DNA of 64,000 nucleotides. It comes from Gemmatimonadota bacterium. GTDB lineage: Bacteria > Gemmatimonadota > Gemmatimonadetes > Gemmatimonadales > GWC2-71-9. Shown here piece by piece: positions 23,468 through 30,716 of this stretch (position 1 is the first letter of the stretch; each line of letters begins with the position of its first letter). The translations under genes were made by a program, and so were the position numbers. Under the pieces are notes generated by a model. It saw only the letters and a program-made list of their open reading frames with translations. It had not been told where the DNA came from and made no database searches. The stretch spans positions 71,662 to 135,661 of the forward strand of contig QHVB01000026.1 of assembly GCA_003222195.1 (NCBI GenBank). The letters run 5' to 3'.

Positions 23468-24232
23468 CTATCCTGCGATCGTAACCGCGGTGCCGTTGAC
23501 TCGCTGGCCGTGGAGGTCGGCGAGCGTCAGGACCGCTGCAGCGACTTCGTCCGGCGTGATCAGCCGCCCCTGCGACGCCGACGCCAGCAGCGCGGACAGT
23601 GCCGCGTCGGGATCCTTGCCGGTTTTCGTAACGACACGCTCGACCGATTCCTTCGTCATCTCCGTATCGACAAACCCGGGGCAGACGGCATTGCACCTGA
23701 CGCCCGTGCCCTCGATCTCAGCTGCCACGCTCCGCGTCAGACCAATCACCGCATGCTTCGCCGCCGCATAGGCGGCGATGTAACGGCCACCCGCCAGCCC
23801 GGCGACCGATGCGACATTGACGATCGACCCCCGCTTGCGCTCGAGCATGCCACTCAGAAATGCGCGCGTGCAGAGAAACGTACCCGTCGCGTTCACCGCC
23901 AGCACCCGGTTCCAGTCCTCGAGCGTCGTTTTCACGAGCGGCGCACTGTGCGCCAGACCAGCGTTGTTGACCAGGATGTCGACGGAACCTGCGTGTCGCG
24001 TGGAGGCCTTGGCGAGATCGGCCACACTCGCCGCGTCGGTGACGTCGCAGTGCACCGCCCACGCCTTGCCGCCACGCCCGCGAATTTCGCTCGCCACGCG
24101 CTCGATGCGATCGGTGCGGCGCGCCGCGACGACGATCGCCGCACCCTCAGCGGCCAGGGCGTTCGCGATCGCGGCGCCGATGCCCTGGCCACCACCAGTC
24201 ACGACGGCGACCGCGCCGTCAAAGCGCCGCAA
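23468..24232 (-). CDS. short-chain dehydrogenase/reductase (SDR)
   Basis: TGGGQGIG cofactor motif, NNAG, and YAAAK catalytic motif. Confidence 0.9.
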   Translation of the reverse strand: MRRFDGAVAVVTGGGQGIGAAIANALAAEGAAIVVAARRTDRIERVASEIRGRGGKAWAVHCDVTDAASVADLAKASTRHAGSVDILVNNAGLAHSAPLVKTTLEDWNRVLAVNATGTFLCTRAFLSGMLERKRGSIVNVASVAGLAGGRYIAAYAAAKHAVIGLTRSVAAEIEGTGVRCNAVCPGFVDTEMTKESVERVVTKTGKDPDAALSALLASASQGRLITPDEVAAAVLTLADLHGQRVNGTAVTIAG

Positions 24233-24974
24233 TCACGGCCTCCTCGAGGATCGCGCCCAGCGTTTCTACCAGCCGGGACCCCTCGTCGGCACTGGCCGCC
24301 GCGGGATCGCCAAAGTAGGCGCGTGGGCCGCCCGCCTGCTCGAACGTCTGCTTGCCGGCGCGGATGGCGGCCGAGAGCGAGCGCGGGTTGGGCGCCAGCC
24401 CGCGCCGCAGCGCCTCGCGGACGGCAGCGGGACGCTCGCTCAGGACGATCGAGCTCTCGAACTGGCCCGCATGGCATGCGCCGCTCCGGAACTCGTCGCC
24501 CAGGCGCGAGCCCCACGGCTTGCGCGTGAGGTCCGGGAAGACGATCGGCAAGAGGCGGGCGCCGCTCGCCAGTCTCACCGCTTCATGCAGCGCCGTGAGA
24601 TGTTCCGGATCGAGGTGGGCGTTGGCGAGCGCCAGGAGACGGAAGCCGTGCTGTGACAAGCCTCGCGCGAGATCGACGACGAGCGCCGTGACGGTGACGC
24701 CGGAAATGGACAAAGTGCCGTGAAAGGCGGCGCCAAAGCCTGCCGTGGTGTAGGCCAACGGGGGCAGAATCAGCACCACCTTGTCCCGAGCCCCGAGTCG
24801 CTTGGCCCCAGCGCGCGCCATGGCGGTGGCGATCACGACATCGGTATCGAGCGGCAGATGGGGCCCATGGGCTTCGATGGCCCCTACCGGGAGCACCACG
24901 AGCGTGCGGTCGCGCTCGAGGTCCCTGACCTCCTCCCAGGTGAGTTGCGCGAGCTCATGAACCGGCATCATCAT
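24219..24974 (-). CDS. creatininase (creatinine amidohydrolase/ArfB/MftE) family amidohydrolase
   Basis: LPVGAIEAHGPHLPLDTD and ANAHLDPEH metal-binding motifs characteristic of the creatininase family. First gene of the minus-strand operon. Confidence 0.85.
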   Translation of the reverse strand: MMMPVHELAQLTWEEVRDLERDRTLVVLPVGAIEAHGPHLPLDTDVVIATAMARAGAKRLGARDKVVLILPPLAYTTAGFGAAFHGTLSISGVTVTALVVDLARGLSQHGFRLLALANAHLDPEHLTALHEAVRLASGARLLPIVFPDLTRKPWGSRLGDEFRSGACHAGQFESSIVLSERPAAVREALRRGLAPNPRSLSAAIRAGKQTFEQAGGPRAYFGDPAAASADEGSRLVETLGAILEEAVIAAL

Positions 24975-24982
24975 CCTTTGAC

Positions 24983-26506
24983 ATGACGCACGAGATCCCG
25001 GAGCGCCTCAACATCGCCGATTGGCTGCTCGACGCGCGCGTCCGCGAGGGAAGGGGAGACCGGCCGGCGCTGCTCACCGACCACGGCGCGCTGACCTACC
25101 GTGAGGTGCAGACGCTCGCGAATCGCTTCGGTCATCTACTAAAAAGTGCCGGAGTGGAGCCGGAACAACGCGTCATCATCGCGCTGCCCGACGGGCCGGA
25201 GTTCGTCGCCGCGCTGTTCGGCACACTCAAAGTTGGCGCTGTGGTGGTGATGGTCAACCCGCAGTTGGCCGTCGATGCGATCGAGTACTTCTACTCCTAC
25301 ACCAGGGCGACGGTCGCCCTCGTCCACCGGCACACCGCACCGGTTTTTCAGGCGGCGCGCAGCGCGGCTGGCAGCTACCTCAAGCAGATCATCGTCGTCG
25401 GTGAGTCGACGACCGCGCGCGCGATCGCGGGCGCCCCCCCGGACCTCGAGACGTTCCCGAGTCACCGTGACGATGCCGCGATCTGGCTGTTCTCCGGCGG
25501 CACGACCGGCAAGCCGAAGGCCGTGGTGCAGAGTCACGGCTCCTTCGCGAATACTACCAAGTGCTACGGGCAGGGCGTCCTCGGTCTGACCGAGCGCGAC
25601 ATCACCCTCGCCGTGCCGAAGCTGTTCTTCGGCTACGCGACCGGTTCGAATCTCTTCTTCCCGTTCTCGGTCGGCGCGGCGAGCGCCCTGTTTCCGGAGA
25701 AGAGCACCGCCGAGACCGTGTTCGCCAAGATCCGGAAATTCCGGCCGACCATCCTCGTCAACGTGCCCACGATGGTGAATCAGATGGTCGCCCACCCGGA
25801 CGCGGCGAAGGAGGACCTGTCGTCCCTTCGGCTCGCGACCTCCGCGGGCGAAGCGCTGCCGGTCGAGCTATACGAGCGCTGGCAGCAGACCTTTGGGATT
25901 GAGTTGCTCGACGGACTCGGTACCGCGGAGATGTGGCACATCTTCATCTCGAACAAACCCGGCGCCGTAAAACCCGGCACCCTCGGCACCGTCGTGCCAG
26001 GCTTCGACGTCCGAGTACGCGATGATCTCGGACACGATCTGCCGGACGGCGAGGTGGGCATGTTGTGGGTGCGTGGCGACTCACGCGCGATCGGGTACTG
26101 GCAGCAGCTGGAGAAGACCAAGGCCGCGTTTCGCGGCGAGTGGTACGTGTCCGGCGATTTGATCCGTCGCGACGTCGATGGCTACTTCACGTATTGCGGG
26201 CGCGCGGACGACTTGCTGAAGGTCGGTGGCCGGTGGCTCGCGCCGCAGGAAGTCGAAGGCTGCCTGCTGCAGCATCCGCTCGTGAAAGAAGTCGCCGTCG
26301 TGGGCGTCGAGGACGCGAGTGGGCTCACCAAGCCGCACGCGTTCGTTGTTGCGACGGAGCAACGACCCGGTCTCGCCGAAGAGCTTCAGGCATTCGCTCG
26401 CGAACGGTTGGAACCCTACAAGGCACCACGCGCCGTCAAATTCCTGGATGTGCTGCCACGGACGCACCTCGGCAAAGTCGATCGGGGCAAGCTGCGGCTT
26501 CAATGA
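24983..26506 (+). CDS. benzoate-CoA ligase family enzyme, probable 2-aminobenzoate (anthranilate)-CoA ligase
   Basis: Adenylate-forming motifs (FSGGTTGKPKAV, GEWYVSGD, GKVDR) and an N-terminus typical of benzoate-CoA ligases (NIADWLLD). Divergent from the catabolic operon. Confidence 0.85.
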   Translation: MTHEIPERLNIADWLLDARVREGRGDRPALLTDHGALTYREVQTLANRFGHLLKSAGVEPEQRVIIALPDGPEFVAALFGTLKVGAVVVMVNPQLAVDAIEYFYSYTRATVALVHRHTAPVFQAARSAAGSYLKQIIVVGESTTARAIAGAPPDLETFPSHRDDAAIWLFSGGTTGKPKAVVQSHGSFANTTKCYGQGVLGLTERDITLAVPKLFFGYATGSNLFFPFSVGAASALFPEKSTAETVFAKIRKFRPTILVNVPTMVNQMVAHPDAAKEDLSSLRLATSAGEALPVELYERWQQTFGIELLDGLGTAEMWHIFISNKPGAVKPGTLGTVVPGFDVRVRDDLGHDLPDGEVGMLWVRGDSRAIGYWQQLEKTKAAFRGEWYVSGDLIRRDVDGYFTYCGRADDLLKVGGRWLAPQEVEGCLLQHPLVKEVAVVGVEDASGLTKPHAFVVATEQRPGLAEELQAFARERLEPYKAPRAVKFLDVLPRTHLGKVDRGKLRLQ

Positions 26507-26536
26507 GGCACTCGCACACATTAGTTTGTGGTGCCT

Positions 26537-26623
26537 GGACGGGTGGCCGAGTGGCTTAAGGCGCACGCTTGGAAAGCGTGTTAACGGGCAACCGTTACGT
26601 GGGTTCGAATCCCACCCTGTCCG
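26537..26623 (+). tRNA. tRNA-Ser (anticodon GGA)
   Basis: Manual fold: 7-bp acceptor stem GGACGGG/CCTGTCC, anticodon stem CACGC/GCGTG with loop TTGGAAA, long variable arm, T-arm GTGGG-TTCGAAT-CCCAC. Confidence 0.9.
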
Positions 26624-26630
26624 CCTAGCA

Positions 26631-26717
26631 GGACAGGTGGGTGAGCGGTTGAAACCGCCGGTCTCGAAAACCGGTATGCCCGCAAGGGTATCGAGGGTTC
26701 GAATCCCTCCCTGTCCG
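26631..26717 (+). tRNA. tRNA-Ser (anticodon CGA)
   Basis: Manual fold: acceptor stem GGACAGG/CCTGTCC, anticodon stem CCGGT/ACCGG with loop CTCGAAA, long variable arm, T-arm GAGGG-TTCGAAT-CCCTC. Confidence 0.9.
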
Positions 26718-26722
26718 TCCCC

Positions 26723-27514
26723 ATGGGAATCTGGAACAGCACGCTGGTGTACGTCGGCGCGCGCACGCTGCTCGCGGGAGCGATGGTCGCCCTGTTGCTG
26801 CGGCGTCAGGTTGGCCCGTGGTACGCCGGCGGTCAGGTCGTCTCCGATCTCTCCTGCGCGGCGTTTCTCCTGGCCTACGTCAATCCGGACATTCGTGACG
26901 ACGTCGGCGTGCTCGTCATTCCGCTGCTGCTGTTCGTGCTGTACTGGGAAGCGACGCGATTTCTCGACAACCGGCGCGCCGCCGCCGCTCGCGAGGATGA
27001 AGAAACCACGCTCGACACCATCTTACGGGTCTATGGCTCGATGTGGGCGTTCGGGTTTGTGATGCCGGCGGTCCTCGCGGGCGGCTTTCTGATGTTCGAG
27101 CTGCTGGCGCCCGGACAATGGCCGTTCCCCAATCCGCGGCCGGGGTTGGTGTGCAGTCCAAAGCGGCTCGAGCCAGGCACCGCGGTCACGCTACGCATGA
27201 TGGCCCCGCACGGTGCCGAGCTCAGCATATTCACGCCGGCAGGTCGCTCGCTAGTCATCGTGCCTTTCGTGACAAAGGGGACGCACGCGCCGGGTGCGGG
27301 CTTCGACTACATGGCCCAGTTGACGCTGCGGACCGATACGGTTGCCGGAGTCAGCGCGCCGGGCTCGCGTCCGGAACGCGTTTTCACAGATCCCGGCGTC
27401 TACGTGCTGCGGGTGAGCTCGGAGGCAGAGCTCAACGCGTCTGAGGTCTGCCGGGTACGCTACACGCCCGAAGATGCCGGAGGACGCCGACTTGGCATTC
27501 CTTCCACGCAATGA
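26723..27514 (+). CDS. hypothetical membrane protein (N-terminal TM helices, C-terminal beta-rich domain)
   Basis: High GC3 in this frame and hydrophobic helices. No family recognised. Confidence 0.55.
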   Translation: MGIWNSTLVYVGARTLLAGAMVALLLRRQVGPWYAGGQVVSDLSCAAFLLAYVNPDIRDDVGVLVIPLLLFVLYWEATRFLDNRRAAAAREDEETTLDTILRVYGSMWAFGFVMPAVLAGGFLMFELLAPGQWPFPNPRPGLVCSPKRLEPGTAVTLRMMAPHGAELSIFTPAGRSLVIVPFVTKGTHAPGAGFDYMAQLTLRTDTVAGVSAPGSRPERVFTDPGVYVLRVSSEAELNASEVCRVRYTPEDAGGRRLGIPSTQ

Positions 27515-27541
27515 GTCGTTTATGAGGAGCCATACTCCAAC

Positions 27542-28444
27542 ATGCGACCAGCTACCACCCATCGCGGTATCGTTTCTGTGCGCGACGTGATTATTCGTTG
27601 CGTTCCTCCGGCGTTCCGCGGCGTCCTCCGGCGTCTTTCGGTATCTGCCACCGCCGCCGTCACCCTCACCGCGCCCCTGTCGGCACAATCCGTTGAGTAC
27701 CGCTCTCCCGCCGGTGTGGAATACCGCGCGCAGCGCGACACGGGCGCTATCGCGCGCGCCGAAAGCGCACTGGTCGCCGACCCGCGCAACGTCGACCGCA
27801 TCATCGCGTTGGGCGTCGCGCAGTCCGGCGTCCGGCAGTATCGGGAAGCGATCGAAACCTTCACGCGCGGGCTGAAGCTCGCGCCCAATAATGCGTTGCT
27901 GTATCGCTGGCGGGGGCATCGCTATCTGTCGACTCGGCAGCTCGACCGCGCGATGGACGACCTGACTCGTGGCGCGCGGCTCGACAGCACCATCTACGGT
28001 ATCTGGTATCACCTCGGCATCGTACGCTTTGCGCGCCGCGACTTCGCGGGGGCCGTCGCCGCGTTCACGCGCGCGCTCCCGATCGCCCCCGATTCTGGCG
28101 AGCGCTCGGGCGCGACGGATTGGCTGTGGATGTCGCTGTCGCGCGCCGGACGCACCGCGGATGCGCAGGCGCTCCTCGATCGCCATCCCGATACACCGCG
28201 GGCCGGGAACGCGTATACGCAACGGCTCCGGCTCTATCGCGGTGAGGTATCGCCTGACTCCGTGTTCACGCCTGCCGATACCAGCGACATTCAGATCGCA
28301 ACACTCAGCTATGGCATCGGCAACTGGTATCTGGTCCGCCGCGATACGGCGCAGGCCCGGAAGTGGTTCGAGCGCTCGGTCGCCTCAGGTGGGTGGCCGG
28401 CGTTCGGGTTCATCCTGTCTGAGGTGGAGCTGCCCGGGCGATGA
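27542..28444 (+). CDS. tetratricopeptide (TPR) repeat protein, secreted
   Basis: Signal-like N-terminus and repeated TPR-like helices (ALGVAQSGVRQYREAIETFTRGLKLAPNNALL...). Confidence 0.7.
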   Translation: MRPATTHRGIVSVRDVIIRCVPPAFRGVLRRLSVSATAAVTLTAPLSAQSVEYRSPAGVEYRAQRDTGAIARAESALVADPRNVDRIIALGVAQSGVRQYREAIETFTRGLKLAPNNALLYRWRGHRYLSTRQLDRAMDDLTRGARLDSTIYGIWYHLGIVRFARRDFAGAVAAFTRALPIAPDSGERSGATDWLWMSLSRAGRTADAQALLDRHPDTPRAGNAYTQRLRLYRGEVSPDSVFTPADTSDIQIATLSYGIGNWYLVRRDTAQARKWFERSVASGGWPAFGFILSEVELPGR

Positions 28445-28764
28445 CTGCCGCCGACTTTCGGCGGATGGCGTTGCGCCTCCCCGGGGCCATCGAAGCGGCA
28501 CACATGGGCCACCCTGACTTTCGCGTCAGCGGCAAGATCTTCGCGACACTCGGATATCCCAAGCGCGACTTCGCGATGGTGCAGCTGACCCCGGAGCAGC
28601 AAGAGTTGTTCGTCAAGGCCGAGCCGAAGAGCTTCACGCCGGTGCCGGGCGGGTGGGGCAGGAAGGGCAGCACGCACGTGCTACTCAAGACGGCCAAGAA
28701 GTCCGCTGTACGGGAGGCGCTGACGGTGGCATGGCGGAACCGCACATCAAGGGAAACTCGATGA
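28441..28764 (+). CDS. MmcQ/YjbR family protein
   Basis: ALRLPGA...HPDFRVSGKIFATL pattern typical of the YjbR/CyaY-like fold family. ATGA overlaps on both sides. Confidence 0.7.
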   Translation: MTAADFRRMALRLPGAIEAAHMGHPDFRVSGKIFATLGYPKRDFAMVQLTPEQQELFVKAEPKSFTPVPGGWGRKGSTHVLLKTAKKSAVREALTVAWRNRTSRETR

Positions 28765-30143
28765 ACCTGGTTTTGGTCGTGGCGCTCGTTGCGCAAGCAC
28801 AAACACTCTCTCCCAATCAGCAGCGCGCGCGGGACATCTTCGAGCAGCTCATCAACATCAACACCACGGGCTCGAGTGGCAGTACGACGCTAGCGGCTAA
28901 CGCCATGGCGAAGCGGCTCACGGATGCGGGTTTCCCCGCGGCCGACGTGCAGGTGCTCGGCCGCGAAGGCTCGAAGAACTACAATCTCGTCGCCCGGTTT
29001 CGCGGCACGGGACGGGAGAAGCCGATCCTGTTGCTCGCGCATCTCGACGTGGTCGAGGCCAGGCGCGGCGACTGGTCGCTCGATCCGTTCACATTCGTCG
29101 AGTGCGACGGCTTCTTCTACGGCCGGGGCACGCAAGACATCAAGGACGGCGACGCGATTTTGGTGGCTACGTTGGTGCGACTCAAACAAGAAGGCTACCG
29201 GCCGAACCGCGACCTGATTCTGGCGTTGACGACCGGGGAGGAAGGCGGCAGCGACTATAACGGCGTGGAGTGGCTGCTCGCCCACCGGCGCGACCTGATC
29301 GATGCGGCGTACGTGCTCAACATGGACGCCGGCGATCCGGTCATCCTGAGCGGCAAGCGTTTGATGCGGCCCGTGCAGGCGAGCGAGAAGGTGTACGTGA
29401 CGTTCAAGCTCGAGGTACACAATCCCGGCGGTCACAGTTCGTTGCCCACCAGAGACAACGCGATCTATCGGCTCGCCGCCGCCCTCGGGCGTCTGAGTGC
29501 CTACGAATTCTCGGCGCAGCTCAACGAAATTACGCGCACCTTCTTCCAGCGCATGGCGGGTCTCCAGCAGGGGCAGCTCGCCGCGGACATGGCCGCCGTG
29601 GCAAGTCCGTCGCCCGATTCGGCGGCGATCCGCCGGCTTTCCGACATCAGTCCCCTGTATAACGCGCAGCTCCGCACGACCTGCGTGGCGACTGAGTTGT
29701 TGGGCGGTCACGCCGAGAATGCGTTGCCGCAGACGGCGTCGGCGACGGTCAATTGCCGGATGCTGCCGGGGACACCGTCGGAGGACGTGCAGAACACGTT
29801 GAGCAGAGTGGTGGCGGACACCGCAGTCAAGGTGAGCGTTGTGACGGCGGCGATCCCGAGTCCACCGTCGCCACTCACGCCGGCCATCACGGACCCCATC
29901 GAGCGGGTCACGAAACGGCTCTGGAACATCCCGGTCGTTCCGGTGATGGAAACGGGCGCCACCGATGGGCTGTATCTACGCAACGCCGGCATTCCCGTCT
30001 ACGGCGTCTCGGGGGTCTTCATCGACATTAACGATGTTCGCGCCCACGGCCGCGACGAGCGCGTTGGAGTGCAGGATTTCTATGATGGCGCCGAGTACAT
30101 CTATCGACTCGTGAAGGCGGTCACGGGAAACGGCGGCAGGTGA
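28761..30143 (+). CDS. M20/M25/M40 family metallopeptidase, secreted
   Basis: Signal peptide; LLLAHLDVV, DGFFYGRGTQDIKD, GEEGG and HGRDERV motifs. ATG 28761 overlaps the upstream stop (ATGA). Confidence 0.85.
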   Translation: MNLVLVVALVAQAQTLSPNQQRARDIFEQLININTTGSSGSTTLAANAMAKRLTDAGFPAADVQVLGREGSKNYNLVARFRGTGREKPILLLAHLDVVEARRGDWSLDPFTFVECDGFFYGRGTQDIKDGDAILVATLVRLKQEGYRPNRDLILALTTGEEGGSDYNGVEWLLAHRRDLIDAAYVLNMDAGDPVILSGKRLMRPVQASEKVYVTFKLEVHNPGGHSSLPTRDNAIYRLAAALGRLSAYEFSAQLNEITRTFFQRMAGLQQGQLAADMAAVASPSPDSAAIRRLSDISPLYNAQLRTTCVATELLGGHAENALPQTASATVNCRMLPGTPSEDVQNTLSRVVADTAVKVSVVTAAIPSPPSPLTPAITDPIERVTKRLWNIPVVPVMETGATDGLYLRNAGIPVYGVSGVFIDINDVRAHGRDERVGVQDFYDGAEYIYRLVKAVTGNGGR

Positions 30144-30250
30144 GACGGCGGCAGGTGAGACGGCGGCGAGGTGAAGCGGCGGCGAAGTGAAGCGGCGGCG
30201 AGGTGAGGCGGCGGCAGGTACAACGGCGGCGAGGGGCGGCGAAGGGCGGC
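30128..30250. repeat. tandem repeat, about seven units of 15-16 bp (CGGCGGCRAGGTGARR), grading into 10-bp GGCGGCGARG units
   Basis: CGGCGGC recurs at 30131, 30146, 30161, 30177, 30193, 30209 and 30224. The first unit contains the M20 peptidase stop codon. Confidence 0.85.
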
Positions 30251-30251
30251 G

Positions 30252-30611
30252 CTAGGTCGCGTCGTTCATCGAGATTTTTAGCTTCCACGTCAAGAAATGG
30301 GCCCTGCGTCCTTGGTTAGTAAGACTGGAGCACACGTCGTCCTTCAAATAGCCGAGCGCACCGGCCACCTCTAACTCATATTCGACCTCAGACAGCGATC
30401 CGAGAGACATGTCAAGAAAGCGTCGAAATTCGTTTCGGCCCTTTTTTGATGCGCCCTCGACGATATTTACGGCAGCCGAGAGCGCGGCACGGCGGAGTTG
30501 GGATGTCAGACCATATAGCTCATGTTTGGGAAAGCACTCGGTTGCCTTATAGACTGCAAGGACAAGCTTATGGCATTCCTGCCATGCCAAGAACCGTTTG
30601 TGTGTCGCCAT
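30252..30611 (-). CDS. four-helix-bundle protein (TIGR02436 / 23S rRNA intervening-sequence protein / Avd family)
   Basis: MATHKRFLAWQECHKLVLAVYKATECFPKHELYGLTSQLRRAALSAAVNIVEG...SLSEVEYEL is the family signature. Visibly lower GC than the flanks. The listed 519-aa ORF is a read-through artefact. Confidence 0.85.
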   Translation of the reverse strand: MATHKRFLAWQECHKLVLAVYKATECFPKHELYGLTSQLRRAALSAAVNIVEGASKKGRNEFRRFLDMSLGSLSEVEYELEVAGALGYLKDDVCSSLTNQGRRAHFLTWKLKISMNDAT

Positions 30612-30673
30612 GTGTCTTGATAGACAATTCGAGGTACAGAGCAGGACCATTTCCTCGCGCGGTTCATGTTTTT

Positions 30674-30710
30674 GCCGCCCCTCGCCGCCCTTCGCCGCCA
30701 TTCGCCGCCC
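30674..30710. repeat. C-rich decamer array (GCCGCCCYTC x about 3.7), inverted relative to 30225-30250
   Basis: GCCGCCCCTC GCCGCCCTTC GCCGCCATTC GCCGCCC. The first 26 nt are the near-perfect reverse complement of 30225-30250. The array ends 6 nt before the citrate synthase ATG. Confidence 0.8.
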
Positions 30711-30716
30711 TGTTAC

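Noticed and set aside
24978-24983. TTGACA hexamer between the divergent start codons as a -35 box.
   Set aside because: A promoter using it on the plus strand would start transcription inside the ligase coding region, so it is probably fortuitous.
26537-26717. Candidate tRNA-Sec (because selB is in the window), and ORF 26581-26766 on the minus strand.
   Set aside because: Manual folding gives anticodons GGA and CGA with normal 7-bp acceptor stems, so both are tRNA-Ser. The minus-strand ORF simply runs through the tRNA genes.
26506-28444. Genomic island integrated at the tandem tRNA-Ser genes.
   Set aside because: There is no integrase, no direct repeat of a tRNA 3' end downstream, and the following genes have the same GC and GC3 style as the rest of the window.
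30128-30250. CRISPR array.
   Set aside because: The units are 15-16 bp, directly abutting with no spacers, and degenerate. No cas genes are present.
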